Positions 21,562 through 30,711 of a stretch of DNA of 64,000 nucleotides are shown here, one piece after another. The DNA comes from an uncultured Spirochaetota bacterium (lineage in GTDB: Bacteria; Spirochaetota; Spirochaetia; SZUA-6; Fen-1364). The position numbers were made by a program, and so were the translations under genes. Below the pieces are notes generated by a model. The model did not search any database, had not been told where the DNA came from, and worked only from the letters and a program-made list of their open reading frames with translations. Location of the stretch: positions 352,001 through 416,000 of the forward strand of contig CAVTHO010000004.1 in assembly GCA_963734545.1 (NCBI GenBank), read 5' to 3'. Within the stretch, counting starts at the first letter, position 1, and each line of letters starts with the position of its first letter.

Positions 21562-21655
21562 CTGCGGCTTCTGCCTGGAGCCTTATAGCCGATCGGACGA
21601 GGCGCTGTCTTTGGACGGAACGGTTTTTCTGTGCACTATTCGATCTGGCAGGCGG

Positions 21656-23071
21656 CTAGAAGCTGACCGCGCCAATCGTAAGCTTCATCGAAAGAGAAAA
21701 CCGGCCGAAAAGCGATACGAACTCCGTGTTGTCCCCGCCATAGCTGATATACGGCGCGAAGGTCAACGTGAAGTATCGAAAGGGCGTAAAGGAGATGCTG
21801 GGGCTTGTCACGCCGGAGCCGTCACTCAGGTTGCCCTCGTAGAACAGCGCAAGGTCCACGCGCGAGTTCAGGATGTCCGTCCAGCTCGCGCGCGCGGCAA
21901 GGTAGTTCCTCCCCGGCTGAAATACATCGGCCTGCGAGAGGGCGGGCCCGAGGGGCGGCATGCCCCGGAGCTGAAGGGCGTATGCGGAGAAAGCGGCTCG
22001 CTCCTTCGCGTGGTCCGCATATCCCTGCCCGTTGTAGTAGTACTGGGCTGTGATGGACAAGTGCCAGTCGGTCTGAAGGTAGCGGACGCCGATCGTTCCA
22101 CTGAAGGTGGGGGTCGTTGTATCCGAGGAGGTCTGGAAAGCGCCCGGCGCGCCGGCGATCTCCTGGGCGAGGATCCGGTCCATTCCACGGCTCAGAACGC
22201 CCTCCGCGAAGAGCCCGAGCTGTGCAAAGAGAGACCCTGTTGCGGTCATCATGGCCTTCGGCCTCTGGCTGTTCTGATAGTAGGCGCCGAGACCGATCTC
22301 CCAGCCTCCCAGGAGCACCTCGATTCTTGGCGCGACGGCGAAATCGTCCAGGCGGAACGTTCCGTCTCGGGCGAATTCCTGGTTGGCAACGACATAGAGA
22401 TAGAGGTTGTCGACGTCGGCGAACGGCGCGTTGATCTTCAGGGCCAGGGGCCCCGGCCTCTCCAGATCGGGCCGCAGGGGGTCGATGGGAGTGAGGCTGA
22501 TGATGTCCGCCGGGCTGAAGAAGTACCCCACTCCCCAGTTCACGACCTGCTGGCCGGCGCGGAAATAGAGCCTGTCGTTCCAGTTGATGTCGGCGTATAC
22601 CTCGAAGACGGAGAAGCTCGGAACCGCGGGCGTTCCCGGGCCGGAGACCGGGCTGCTGAACGGGTAGGCGGCCTTGAACCTGGTGAAGACCCGCACCGTC
22701 TCAAAAGGCCGGGCGTCGAAATAGAGGTCTGCCTCGAGATTCGGAACGAACCGGCTGGACACTCCCGCCGAAAGATTCGCGGTATCCGGGTAGGAGTCGT
22801 TCCACGTCAGGAACCCAGTGTAGTCCGAGTAGAGGGCGCCGCCGACTTCCACGGCCCTGGCTTGAAAGAGTGGGACGGACGCGGCGGTCCCGGGGGCAGG
22901 CGGCGGGGAGGGAGCGTTCTGCGTGGTGTCACCGGCGCCCGTCTCGAACATGGAGTCTGGATCGTCCGGGATCGCGGGCGGCGCGGCCGCCTCGCCTGCC
23001 GCCGATTGCGGACTCACCGCGGAGGTCAGCACGAGCAGGGCTGAGAGGAGGATGGAGATGAGATGTTTCAT
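21656..23071 (-). CDS. Putative outer-membrane protein associated with LolA-like/ABC operon
   Basis: Signal peptide; RAGQQVVNWGVGYFFSPADII motif typical of porin-like partners; C-terminal Phe. Confidence 0.7.
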   Translation of the reverse strand: MKHLISILLSALLVLTSAVSPQSAAGEAAAPPAIPDDPDSMFETGAGDTTQNAPSPPPAPGTAASVPLFQARAVEVGGALYSDYTGFLTWNDSYPDTANLSAGVSSRFVPNLEADLYFDARPFETVRVFTRFKAAYPFSSPVSGPGTPAVPSFSVFEVYADINWNDRLYFRAGQQVVNWGVGYFFSPADIISLTPIDPLRPDLERPGPLALKINAPFADVDNLYLYVVANQEFARDGTFRLDDFAVAPRIEVLLGGWEIGLGAYYQNSQRPKAMMTATGSLFAQLGLFAEGVLSRGMDRILAQEIAGAPGAFQTSSDTTTPTFSGTIGVRYLQTDWHLSITAQYYYNGQGYADHAKERAAFSAYALQLRGMPPLGPALSQADVFQPGRNYLAARASWTDILNSRVDLALFYEGNLSDGSGVTSPSISFTPFRYFTLTFAPYISYGGDNTEFVSLFGRFSLSMKLTIGAVSF

Positions 23072-23074
23072 TTG

Positions 23075-23833
23075 CTACCTGCTCGCGCTTTCCAGGAAGG
23101 CTTTTGTGAAGGTGGCGCCTGCCAGCGGCTGAATCGACGGCTCGGAGAGAGTCATCTGGGTCCTGCTGCCCTTGTTCAGCTCATCCACGAACAGCATGCG
23201 GGTGGCGACGTACTGGCTGCCCAGCTCCGCGTAGGTCGGATAGTAGGCGCTGCGTATGAGCCGCCTCGAGAGGCTGTAGTCCTCGGACTTGAGGATGAGG
23301 CCGAGGTCCTTTCTCACCCAGATGCGCTTCCAGGGATAGGTGACCTCGGCGTTCGTCCCCTTCAGCTCCAGGATGTAGACCGTGTACGCGCCGAGAGTCC
23401 CTTCCTTCCCGCTCTCCACGGAATAGTCCCGCGCATAGTTGGTACGATAGAAATCGCTGTTCATCGCATCCGAGCTCTGCCAGTTCTCCCTGAGGGAGGA
23501 ATGAGTGAACAGGCGGCTCTGGGGGTCGTAGAACCAGAGGTTGTTGTCCACCTCCAGGTATCCCTGGCCCTTCTTTGCAGGGGGGGCAATGACGAGGATC
23601 GAGAACTTGCCTTCGCTGTCACGCCTGAACATCCGCGCCTGCATGGTGACGGTATCCTCACCGGTCCGCTCCACGACCGCCGTGTAGACCCCCGCGAAAT
23701 CGGTCGGAAAGTTCGTGATGGTGTCGATCCTCCTGAGGATGCCCGCGAGGTCAGGGTCGGCCCAGGAAACCGCGCCACCCAGGGAAGCGGCCATGACAAA
23801 GAGCACACGCAAGGTCCGCACTGATATTCGCAT
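23075..23833 (-). CDS. Outer-membrane lipoprotein-sorting (LolA-like) protein
   Basis: KGQGYLEVDNNLWFYDP, SDAMNSDF, C-terminal FTKAFLE; signal peptide. Confidence 0.85.
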   Translation of the reverse strand: MRISVRTLRVLFVMAASLGGAVSWADPDLAGILRRIDTITNFPTDFAGVYTAVVERTGEDTVTMQARMFRRDSEGKFSILVIAPPAKKGQGYLEVDNNLWFYDPQSRLFTHSSLRENWQSSDAMNSDFYRTNYARDYSVESGKEGTLGAYTVYILELKGTNAEVTYPWKRIWVRKDLGLILKSEDYSLSRRLIRSAYYPTYAELGSQYVATRMLFVDELNKGSRTQMTLSEPSIQPLAGATFTKAFLESASR

Positions 23834-23851
23834 TTTCGTTTTCCTTTCCGG

Positions 23852-25213
23852 TCAAGTGACGGCCGCGAGGGCTTGCGCGGGCAGAAGCCGCGCTGCCGAT
23901 CGAGCGGGAAACAGCGCCGCGAGCATTGTCAGCAGCGCCACGAGAAGAAGCTGGGCGATGGTCTGGGCGGCCGGCGGGGCGAAGCTCAGGCGGCCCGCCT
24001 GGAGCATCATGGCGAATGTTCCCGGCCCGAAGTCGACGAGGCGCAGGGCCCCCATGATGAGAGCGGCCCCCCCGAGGCCGGCACACACTCCGCCGAGGAA
24101 GAGGAGAAGCGCCTCCAGCAGGAAAAGGTCCCGCACGGAGCGCCGCTTCATGCCGAGGGCGCGCATGGTCCCGATCTCCCGCGTGCGCTCCACGATCACC
24201 ATGCGGAATGTATTGGTGATGCCCACGAGGATGATCACGAACAGCACGAGCAGGACGGCGAACGCCATGCCGTTGACCGCGGCCACCATCTGCGGGAGCT
24301 GTGCCTGCGAGAGGATGTCGTCGAGGGTATACAACCGGTACTTCATCCCCTCCCAGGGGGTGTCACCCGCCTGCTTGATGAGGGACTGGAACATCTGTGC
24401 CGCCGGATTCTGTTCGTGCTGCTTGAGCATGGCGCGTATCGGGTCCGCATTCTGCCCGCGGCGCGAGCGGTCCATCACCGCCACACGCGCGGAGAGCGCC
24501 CGGTAGATGCGGGCAGCGTCCGCCTCCATGGCATCCCGATTCCGGAGCAGGATCCCCAGCGTCTGGTATTCGCCAGGGCCGATGTTGACCAGCGAGTTCA
24601 CGTACGGGAGATCCGCGTAGGCGTCGAGAGTGTCGGAGAATCCGGAATCCTGGCTGATCGCCGCAACCTGGAAGTCCCCCACGTTCACCTGGCCGGTGAC
24701 GGTCCGCAGCTGGACGACCAGGGAGTCGCCAAGCCTTGCGTCCAGCTTCTGGGCAGTCTTCCTGCTGATGACGATTCCCTTTGGATTGCTCATCCCGGCA
24801 AAGGTGCCTTCCCGCAGGGTCAGCCGGTCCTTCAGCAGTGTGTCCCCCGACCACTCCACGCCCACCACCTGCTGGACAACCTTTTTGTCGCGGTACATGA
24901 GCGTTCCGAGGAAGCCCGAGCTTCTCGTGAGCCTGTCCACGGAGGCCGCCGACTCGCTGATCGAGGCCAGGAGCGCCCCATCGTCATGGATCACGCTCAC
25001 CCGCTTTCCCGTGGTCGTCCTCTCCAGCCCCTGGATGAATACCTGGCCGCCGAAGAGATGGGAGAAATTATCCGCTATGTTCCGCTGGAAGCCTCCGGCG
25101 GCAGCGTTCACGAGCGTCACGATCAGCAGGCCGAACGCGATTGCCCCTCCGAGGAGAAAGCTCCGCTTCTTCTGCCGGTTCAGGTTCCTGAATGCGATAC
25201 GGATGATATGCAT
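23852..25213 (-). CDS. ABC transporter permease, FtsX/LolC-E/MacB family
   Basis: IAFRNLNRQKKRS; ERTREIGTMRALG; 4-TM topology. Confidence 0.9.
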   Translation of the reverse strand: MHIIRIAFRNLNRQKKRSFLLGGAIAFGLLIVTLVNAAAGGFQRNIADNFSHLFGGQVFIQGLERTTTGKRVSVIHDDGALLASISESAASVDRLTRSSGFLGTLMYRDKKVVQQVVGVEWSGDTLLKDRLTLREGTFAGMSNPKGIVISRKTAQKLDARLGDSLVVQLRTVTGQVNVGDFQVAAISQDSGFSDTLDAYADLPYVNSLVNIGPGEYQTLGILLRNRDAMEADAARIYRALSARVAVMDRSRRGQNADPIRAMLKQHEQNPAAQMFQSLIKQAGDTPWEGMKYRLYTLDDILSQAQLPQMVAAVNGMAFAVLLVLFVIILVGITNTFRMVIVERTREIGTMRALGMKRRSVRDLFLLEALLLFLGGVCAGLGGAALIMGALRLVDFGPGTFAMMLQAGRLSFAPPAAQTIAQLLLVALLTMLAALFPARSAARLLPAQALAAVT

Positions 25214-25223
25214 GCCTGCTCTC

Positions 25224-26708
25224 CTATTCGTTCTGGCCGGCCCGGATTGCCCGGATCGGCGGTATCTTCAGCGCAATGGCCACGGGATAGAGATGGGCGA
25301 TGATCCCGATCATGACGATCACGAGCACCGACGTGCCGAGCGCGGACGCGGACAGGACCGGCCTGAGGCTCGTGCCCCCGACAAGGAGCTGGAGGATCGT
25401 GTTGGAGGCCTGCACTCCCACAGCATTCAGCACCCCGATCAACACTGCCCCGATTGTCATTCCGAAAAGTCCGAAAACAACGGACAGGGTCAGGGTCTCG
25501 ATGAGGAACATGCGCCAGACAAAGCCTTTGCGGGCCCCCAGCGCCCGCATGGTGCCGATCTCGGAGGTGCGCTCGATGACGCTCGCCACCAGGGTGTTCA
25601 TGATGATGATGATCGCCACGACGGCGACGATGAGGATCGCGGCGACAAGGAGGATCCGTATCATGCTCGGGATGGTGGCAAAAGGCCCGGCCGCCTCCTG
25701 CCATCCGGCAGCGGCCGCATCGATGCCGTTGGCCGAAAGCCACTGGTTGGTTTCCCTGATGAACCGCGGCGCGTCATCGGGGTCCTTCAACGTCACGATG
25801 ATGAAGTGCCACACGGAAGAATCCAGCTGCCGCGCTGCCTCGACTGCCGCGGCATCCATCGCGGGAGCGGCAGGTCCGGCTGCGGGAGCGGCGGAAATCC
25901 CGCCCGGCGTGACCCGCACCACGTTGCCGGTGCCGGAGAACAGCTCCTCTTCATTCGTGTCTTTCTTCAATAATGAAGTGTCCGTCCCGGGAGCCAAGCC
26001 TGATTCGGCAGGGCCCGCCCTCATTCCTTCGAGCTTCCGCAGGCTGTCTGCGTCGATGTAGCTGATCGTGCTGAGGGCGGCGTTGCTCCGTTTGAACTCG
26101 AATATCCCGCGGACCGTGACCGCTCGGATGGCGGTCCCGAAGTTCTGGATGATCAGGGTGTCTCCCACCTTGATATCCGTCTTCAGCTCCCGGTTCAGCG
26201 ATGCGACCTCCGAGGTGGAAAGGAGTATCCCCTGTTCTCCCGGCAGCAGGGCGCGTCCTGAAACAAGATCGATGGTGTCGAACATCGCCCCATAGCCGGC
26301 GGGATCGATGCCGAAAAGGAAGACGAGGGAGTCGACACCTCCAAAATCGTTCCCCTCGATATTGATCTGGGCTGCGCCCGTGATCTGGGTCGTGACCTCC
26401 TTCACACGGGACTCTGCGCGCAGGCGGGCCATCACCTCGTCGAACCGGGGCATGACGGGAGTGGCCTCGGTTCCTCCCATGGACTGCACTCCAAACAGGG
26501 AGATGGGCGCCTCGGCTTTTCCACTGATGATCACGTCTCCCGTGAAGCTCTCGATGAACGAGCGCCGCAGCCCGCCGGCCGCCGTGTCCATGAAGGAGAT
26601 GCCGGCCACCAGCACGATGACCCCGAGAGCGATGAGGGAACCGACGATCAGGCTCTTCACCTTGTGCGCAACCAGGTTGCGCAGGGCCATCCTAATAAGC
26701 ACCGACAT
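25224..26708 (-). CDS. ABC transporter permease, FtsX/LolC-E/MacB family
   Basis: MALRNLVAHKVKS; ERTSEIGTMRALGA. Confidence 0.9.
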   Translation of the reverse strand: MSVLIRMALRNLVAHKVKSLIVGSLIALGVIVLVAGISFMDTAAGGLRRSFIESFTGDVIISGKAEAPISLFGVQSMGGTEATPVMPRFDEVMARLRAESRVKEVTTQITGAAQINIEGNDFGGVDSLVFLFGIDPAGYGAMFDTIDLVSGRALLPGEQGILLSTSEVASLNRELKTDIKVGDTLIIQNFGTAIRAVTVRGIFEFKRSNAALSTISYIDADSLRKLEGMRAGPAESGLAPGTDTSLLKKDTNEEELFSGTGNVVRVTPGGISAAPAAGPAAPAMDAAAVEAARQLDSSVWHFIIVTLKDPDDAPRFIRETNQWLSANGIDAAAAGWQEAAGPFATIPSMIRILLVAAILIVAVVAIIIIMNTLVASVIERTSEIGTMRALGARKGFVWRMFLIETLTLSVVFGLFGMTIGAVLIGVLNAVGVQASNTILQLLVGGTSLRPVLSASALGTSVLVIVMIGIIAHLYPVAIALKIPPIRAIRAGQNE

Positions 26709-27405
26709 GTTCTTTCCTCTTGCGCTGGTCGGCAACAACCATCCCGTCCTGCAGGCGGATCACGTGATCCGCTATCTCGACGATCGAGCTGTCGTGGGTG
26801 GAGAACACGAACGTCGTGTCCCTTTCCCTGTTGATCTTCTTCATGAGCGCGATGATCCCTTCGCCGGTGGAGGAGTCGAGGTTGGCCGTGGGTTCATCCG
26901 CCAGCACGATCTCGGGCCGGGTCACCAGCGCCCGGGCTATGGCAACGCGCTGGCGCTGTCCGCCGGACAGCTCGTTCGGCCGGTGGTCTCTCCACGCGTC
27001 GAGCCCCACCTCATCGATGAGGAAATCGATCCATTCTTCCCTCTCCTTCCGTCCCGTCCCCGGCCTGCCGAGGAGAAGGGGGAACTCGATGTTCTCATGC
27101 ACGTTGAGGACGGGAATGAGGTTGAACGACTGGAAGATGAAGCCCAGCGCTTCGTGACGCAGGGAGGTGATCTCCGCGTCGCTCATCCGCTCCGTTGCCC
27201 GGCCATTGATGCGCACCGTTCCCGCGCTCGGGACATCGATGCACCCGATCAGGTTCAGAATGGTTGTCTTGCCCGAGCCCGAGGGCCCGGCAATCGAGAT
27301 GAAGTCCCCTTTCTCGATTTTGAAGCTCACGCCCCTTACCGCGTGAACCTCGGTCTTCCCCAGCGGATAGACCTTCCGCACGTCCGCCAGCTCCACGATC
27401 GCCAT
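26692..27405 (-). CDS. ABC transporter ATP-binding protein (LolD-like)
   Basis: GPSGSGKT, GFIFQSFNL, LSGGQRQR, LADEPTANLD; AAGGAG RBS 7 nt before ATG at 27405. Confidence 0.93.
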   Translation of the reverse strand: MAIVELADVRKVYPLGKTEVHAVRGVSFKIEKGDFISIAGPSGSGKTTILNLIGCIDVPSAGTVRINGRATERMSDAEITSLRHEALGFIFQSFNLIPVLNVHENIEFPLLLGRPGTGRKEREEWIDFLIDEVGLDAWRDHRPNELSGGQRQRVAIARALVTRPEIVLADEPTANLDSSTGEGIIALMKKINRERDTTFVFSTHDSSIVEIADHVIRLQDGMVVADQRKRKEHVGAY

Positions 27406-27473
27406 TTCCATGCTCCTTTCGCGCATTCATTTCGATGCTGCGTCGAAACTAACGGCGATGAGGGGTGGCGGTC

Positions 27474-27495
27474 GTCTGAACGGGAAGGCTCAGAC
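27474..27495 (-). promoter_or_regulatory. Candidate AraC activator site upstream of the Lol-like operon
   Basis: GTCTGA-N10-TCAGAC inverted repeat abutting the -35 position of a minus-strand TAGTTT -10 box (27451-27446). Confidence 0.45.
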
Positions 27496-28617
27496 CTGAT
27501 TTCTGCTTTTCAGTCGGTAGTCGGAAGGAGTGCGGCCGGTGATCTTCTTGAATACAGCATTGAATGTGGGCTTGGAGTTGAAACCCGCGTCAAAGGCGAG
27601 AGTGAGCATCTTGTCGTTGCCGCGCGCGCCGTCCTCCATCAGGCGGAGCACCTCGCGCACACGGTACGCATTGACGAAGTCATAGAAGTTCTTGCCGAGA
27701 TTCCGGTTGATCACGTACGAGAGCTGGTTCCGCGCGGCTCCCACCCTGCGTGCCAGGCCGGAAAGGTCCAGATCGGGATCCAGGTACAGCTTCTCGATTT
27801 CCATGGCGCGCTCCAGCCTCTGCTCGAGCTCGCGCGCCTCTTCGGGGGGAACGCTCCCCCTCAGGTACTTTTCCGCCCCCGGCCCGGGGGGTTCGCTCAG
27901 TGCCTCCAGACGGGGTGTCTCTTTCTGGAGGATCCCCAGGTAGGCCAGGGCGCAGACATATGCGCTGAGAGCGATGGAGAGAAAGGCGCGCACGTGAAGG
28001 GACGGCATGCCGTGGATGACGAAGACGAGGATGATCACGTAGCTCAAGTACAGGGCGTTGATGACGTGCATGAGCCACCGCAGCCACCCGAGATCGACAC
28101 CGGCAGTGTTGGACACCTGCTCGCGCAGCGCCGCGCGATAGCGGTGCAGGTGTCCGAAAACGGGAACGATGTAGAAGAACATCTGCACCAGCAGCGCGCC
28201 CCATTGAACCACCGCGGCCGCGGGAAAGGAGGCACCGCGGTTCAGGAGCGCGGGAAGCGGCGAGAGGGCAAAGAACACGCCGGCCGCGAAGGGGGCCAGG
28301 TGGAGCAGGAAAGAGGGGCGGAGCCGCAGGTCGGGGATCATGAGCCGGTGGATATAAGCGGCGATCAGCGGGGCCATGAGAAACTGCAGCGGCTCCATCA
28401 GGAAGGTGTCACGCGTGAAAGGCGCGTTCTGCCACAGTATCGCCACCAGGGGGTGGGTGATGTTGAAGGAGCCGACGATCATCAGGAGGGCGAGGAGCCG
28501 GTTGGCCCTTCTGTTTGCCCGGGTGCGCGCCCACAGCAGGGCCGCGGCAAACAGCCCGACAAGAAAGCCGCCGCCGGCGAAGAAGAACAGGACCATGGTG
28601 AACGCCGGAGTCTGCAC
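27490..28617 (-). CDS. Membrane-anchored AraC family transcriptional regulator
   Basis: About 6-7 TM N-terminus; KLYLDPDL, NFYDFVNAYRV, AGFNSKPTFNAVFKK.TG.TPS. Confidence 0.9.
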   Translation of the reverse strand: MQTPAFTMVLFFFAGGGFLVGLFAAALLWARTRANRRANRLLALLMIVGSFNITHPLVAILWQNAPFTRDTFLMEPLQFLMAPLIAAYIHRLMIPDLRLRPSFLLHLAPFAAGVFFALSPLPALLNRGASFPAAAVVQWGALLVQMFFYIVPVFGHLHRYRAALREQVSNTAGVDLGWLRWLMHVINALYLSYVIILVFVIHGMPSLHVRAFLSIALSAYVCALAYLGILQKETPRLEALSEPPGPGAEKYLRGSVPPEEARELEQRLERAMEIEKLYLDPDLDLSGLARRVGAARNQLSYVINRNLGKNFYDFVNAYRVREVLRLMEDGARGNDKMLTLAFDAGFNSKPTFNAVFKKITGRTPSDYRLKSRNQV

Positions 28618-28644
28618 TACAGCCCCGTCAAAGTTCTTCTTCTT

Positions 28645-29586
28645 CTACGACCACGTGGCCGGCAGCCCATGGGCGGCGGCGGTCACCTGGTCATCCGTCT
28701 CGTCGTTCATTATCTTGGCGGCGAGCACATCACCGTACCTTGTCAGCTCATCCATGGCGGGCCTGCTCGCATCATCCATGGCAATCGCTTTGTCAAAGTT
28801 CACCTGGAACCGGCGGAAATCGAGCTTCTCGAAGAAGGTCTTCACAACGCGCACCTGCTCGTCATCCGCGGACTGGAGGAAAGCGCCCAGTATGGGGCCG
28901 AGCCATTTCCAGGGCCGGTAATGATTGGGAGCGCCTTTCTTGAGCCGGTGCGGATCCCGCCCGGTGCCCAGGCTGATGAGCGTGGTCTCCGCCGGATCCC
29001 ATTTCTTGACGATGCACCCCTCGTAGGCCGCCAGGTAGCAGGGGTTGGCATAGGATCCCACACCGCCATCGACATACTGCCCTTCCACCGGCAGGAAGTA
29101 CGTGGGCACGGCGCAGGAGGCCATGACCGCCTTGACCAGTTTCCAGTCCGCGTATTCTGATTTTCCGGTCTTGATGAATCGCGTGCGGTTCTCTACCAGG
29201 TCAAAGGCCGTGATGACGAGGTCCATCGGGCGGATACCTCCCATCGAGATGTCCCCGAGGTTCTTCAGGAGGAACCTTCTCAGATTGCCGGAGGAGTAGC
29301 GATAGCGGCAGATGAACCAGAAGGCCGTGCGGAGGCTCTTCCGAAACACCTCGGGGCCCAGCTCAATATAGAGCTGATACATCTTCTCCCCGGTCAATCC
29401 TGCGGCAAGCCCTGCAGAGATTATGGATCCCGTGGAGGTTCCTGCCGACAGGTGGAATACCTCCGCGCATTTCCTGCCCCCGAAGGCTCCTCGAGTTTCC
29501 AGGTCAGCCAGGGCACGGGCGATCATCGTGCCGCGGATTCCACCGCCGTCAACGGCAATGGCGACATGCCTGCGGAATTCTCTCAT
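28645..29586 (-). CDS. Patatin-like phospholipase
   Basis: DGGGIRG, GTSTG, ASCAVP and DGG motifs intact. Confidence 0.92.
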   Translation of the reverse strand: MREFRRHVAIAVDGGGIRGTMIARALADLETRGAFGGRKCAEVFHLSAGTSTGSIISAGLAAGLTGEKMYQLYIELGPEVFRKSLRTAFWFICRYRYSSGNLRRFLLKNLGDISMGGIRPMDLVITAFDLVENRTRFIKTGKSEYADWKLVKAVMASCAVPTYFLPVEGQYVDGGVGSYANPCYLAAYEGCIVKKWDPAETTLISLGTGRDPHRLKKGAPNHYRPWKWLGPILGAFLQSADDEQVRVVKTFFEKLDFRRFQVNFDKAIAMDDASRPAMDELTRYGDVLAAKIMNDETDDQVTAAAHGLPATWS

Positions 29587-29664
29587 ACCTCCCGGAGTAT
29601 ATGCCAGCCCGGCAGGACCCGCAATGGTCCGCAGGCCGCCCCGATCAATCAGCCGCGCGGGGCC

Positions 29665-30657
<993 letters not shown>

Positions 30658-30711
30658 GAGAACAAGAATCGTGATACGGGACGGCCGGAGTCAAGTTCCG
30701 CTCATTCGCGG

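Noticed and set aside
26308-29160. 950-aa plus-strand ORF (also 21380..23044, 23873..25303, 44952..46451, 57919..59547 and similar)
   Set aside because: These lie antisense to well-supported genes, are Arg/Gly/Pro-rich and carry no motifs. Such shadow ORFs are expected at high GC.
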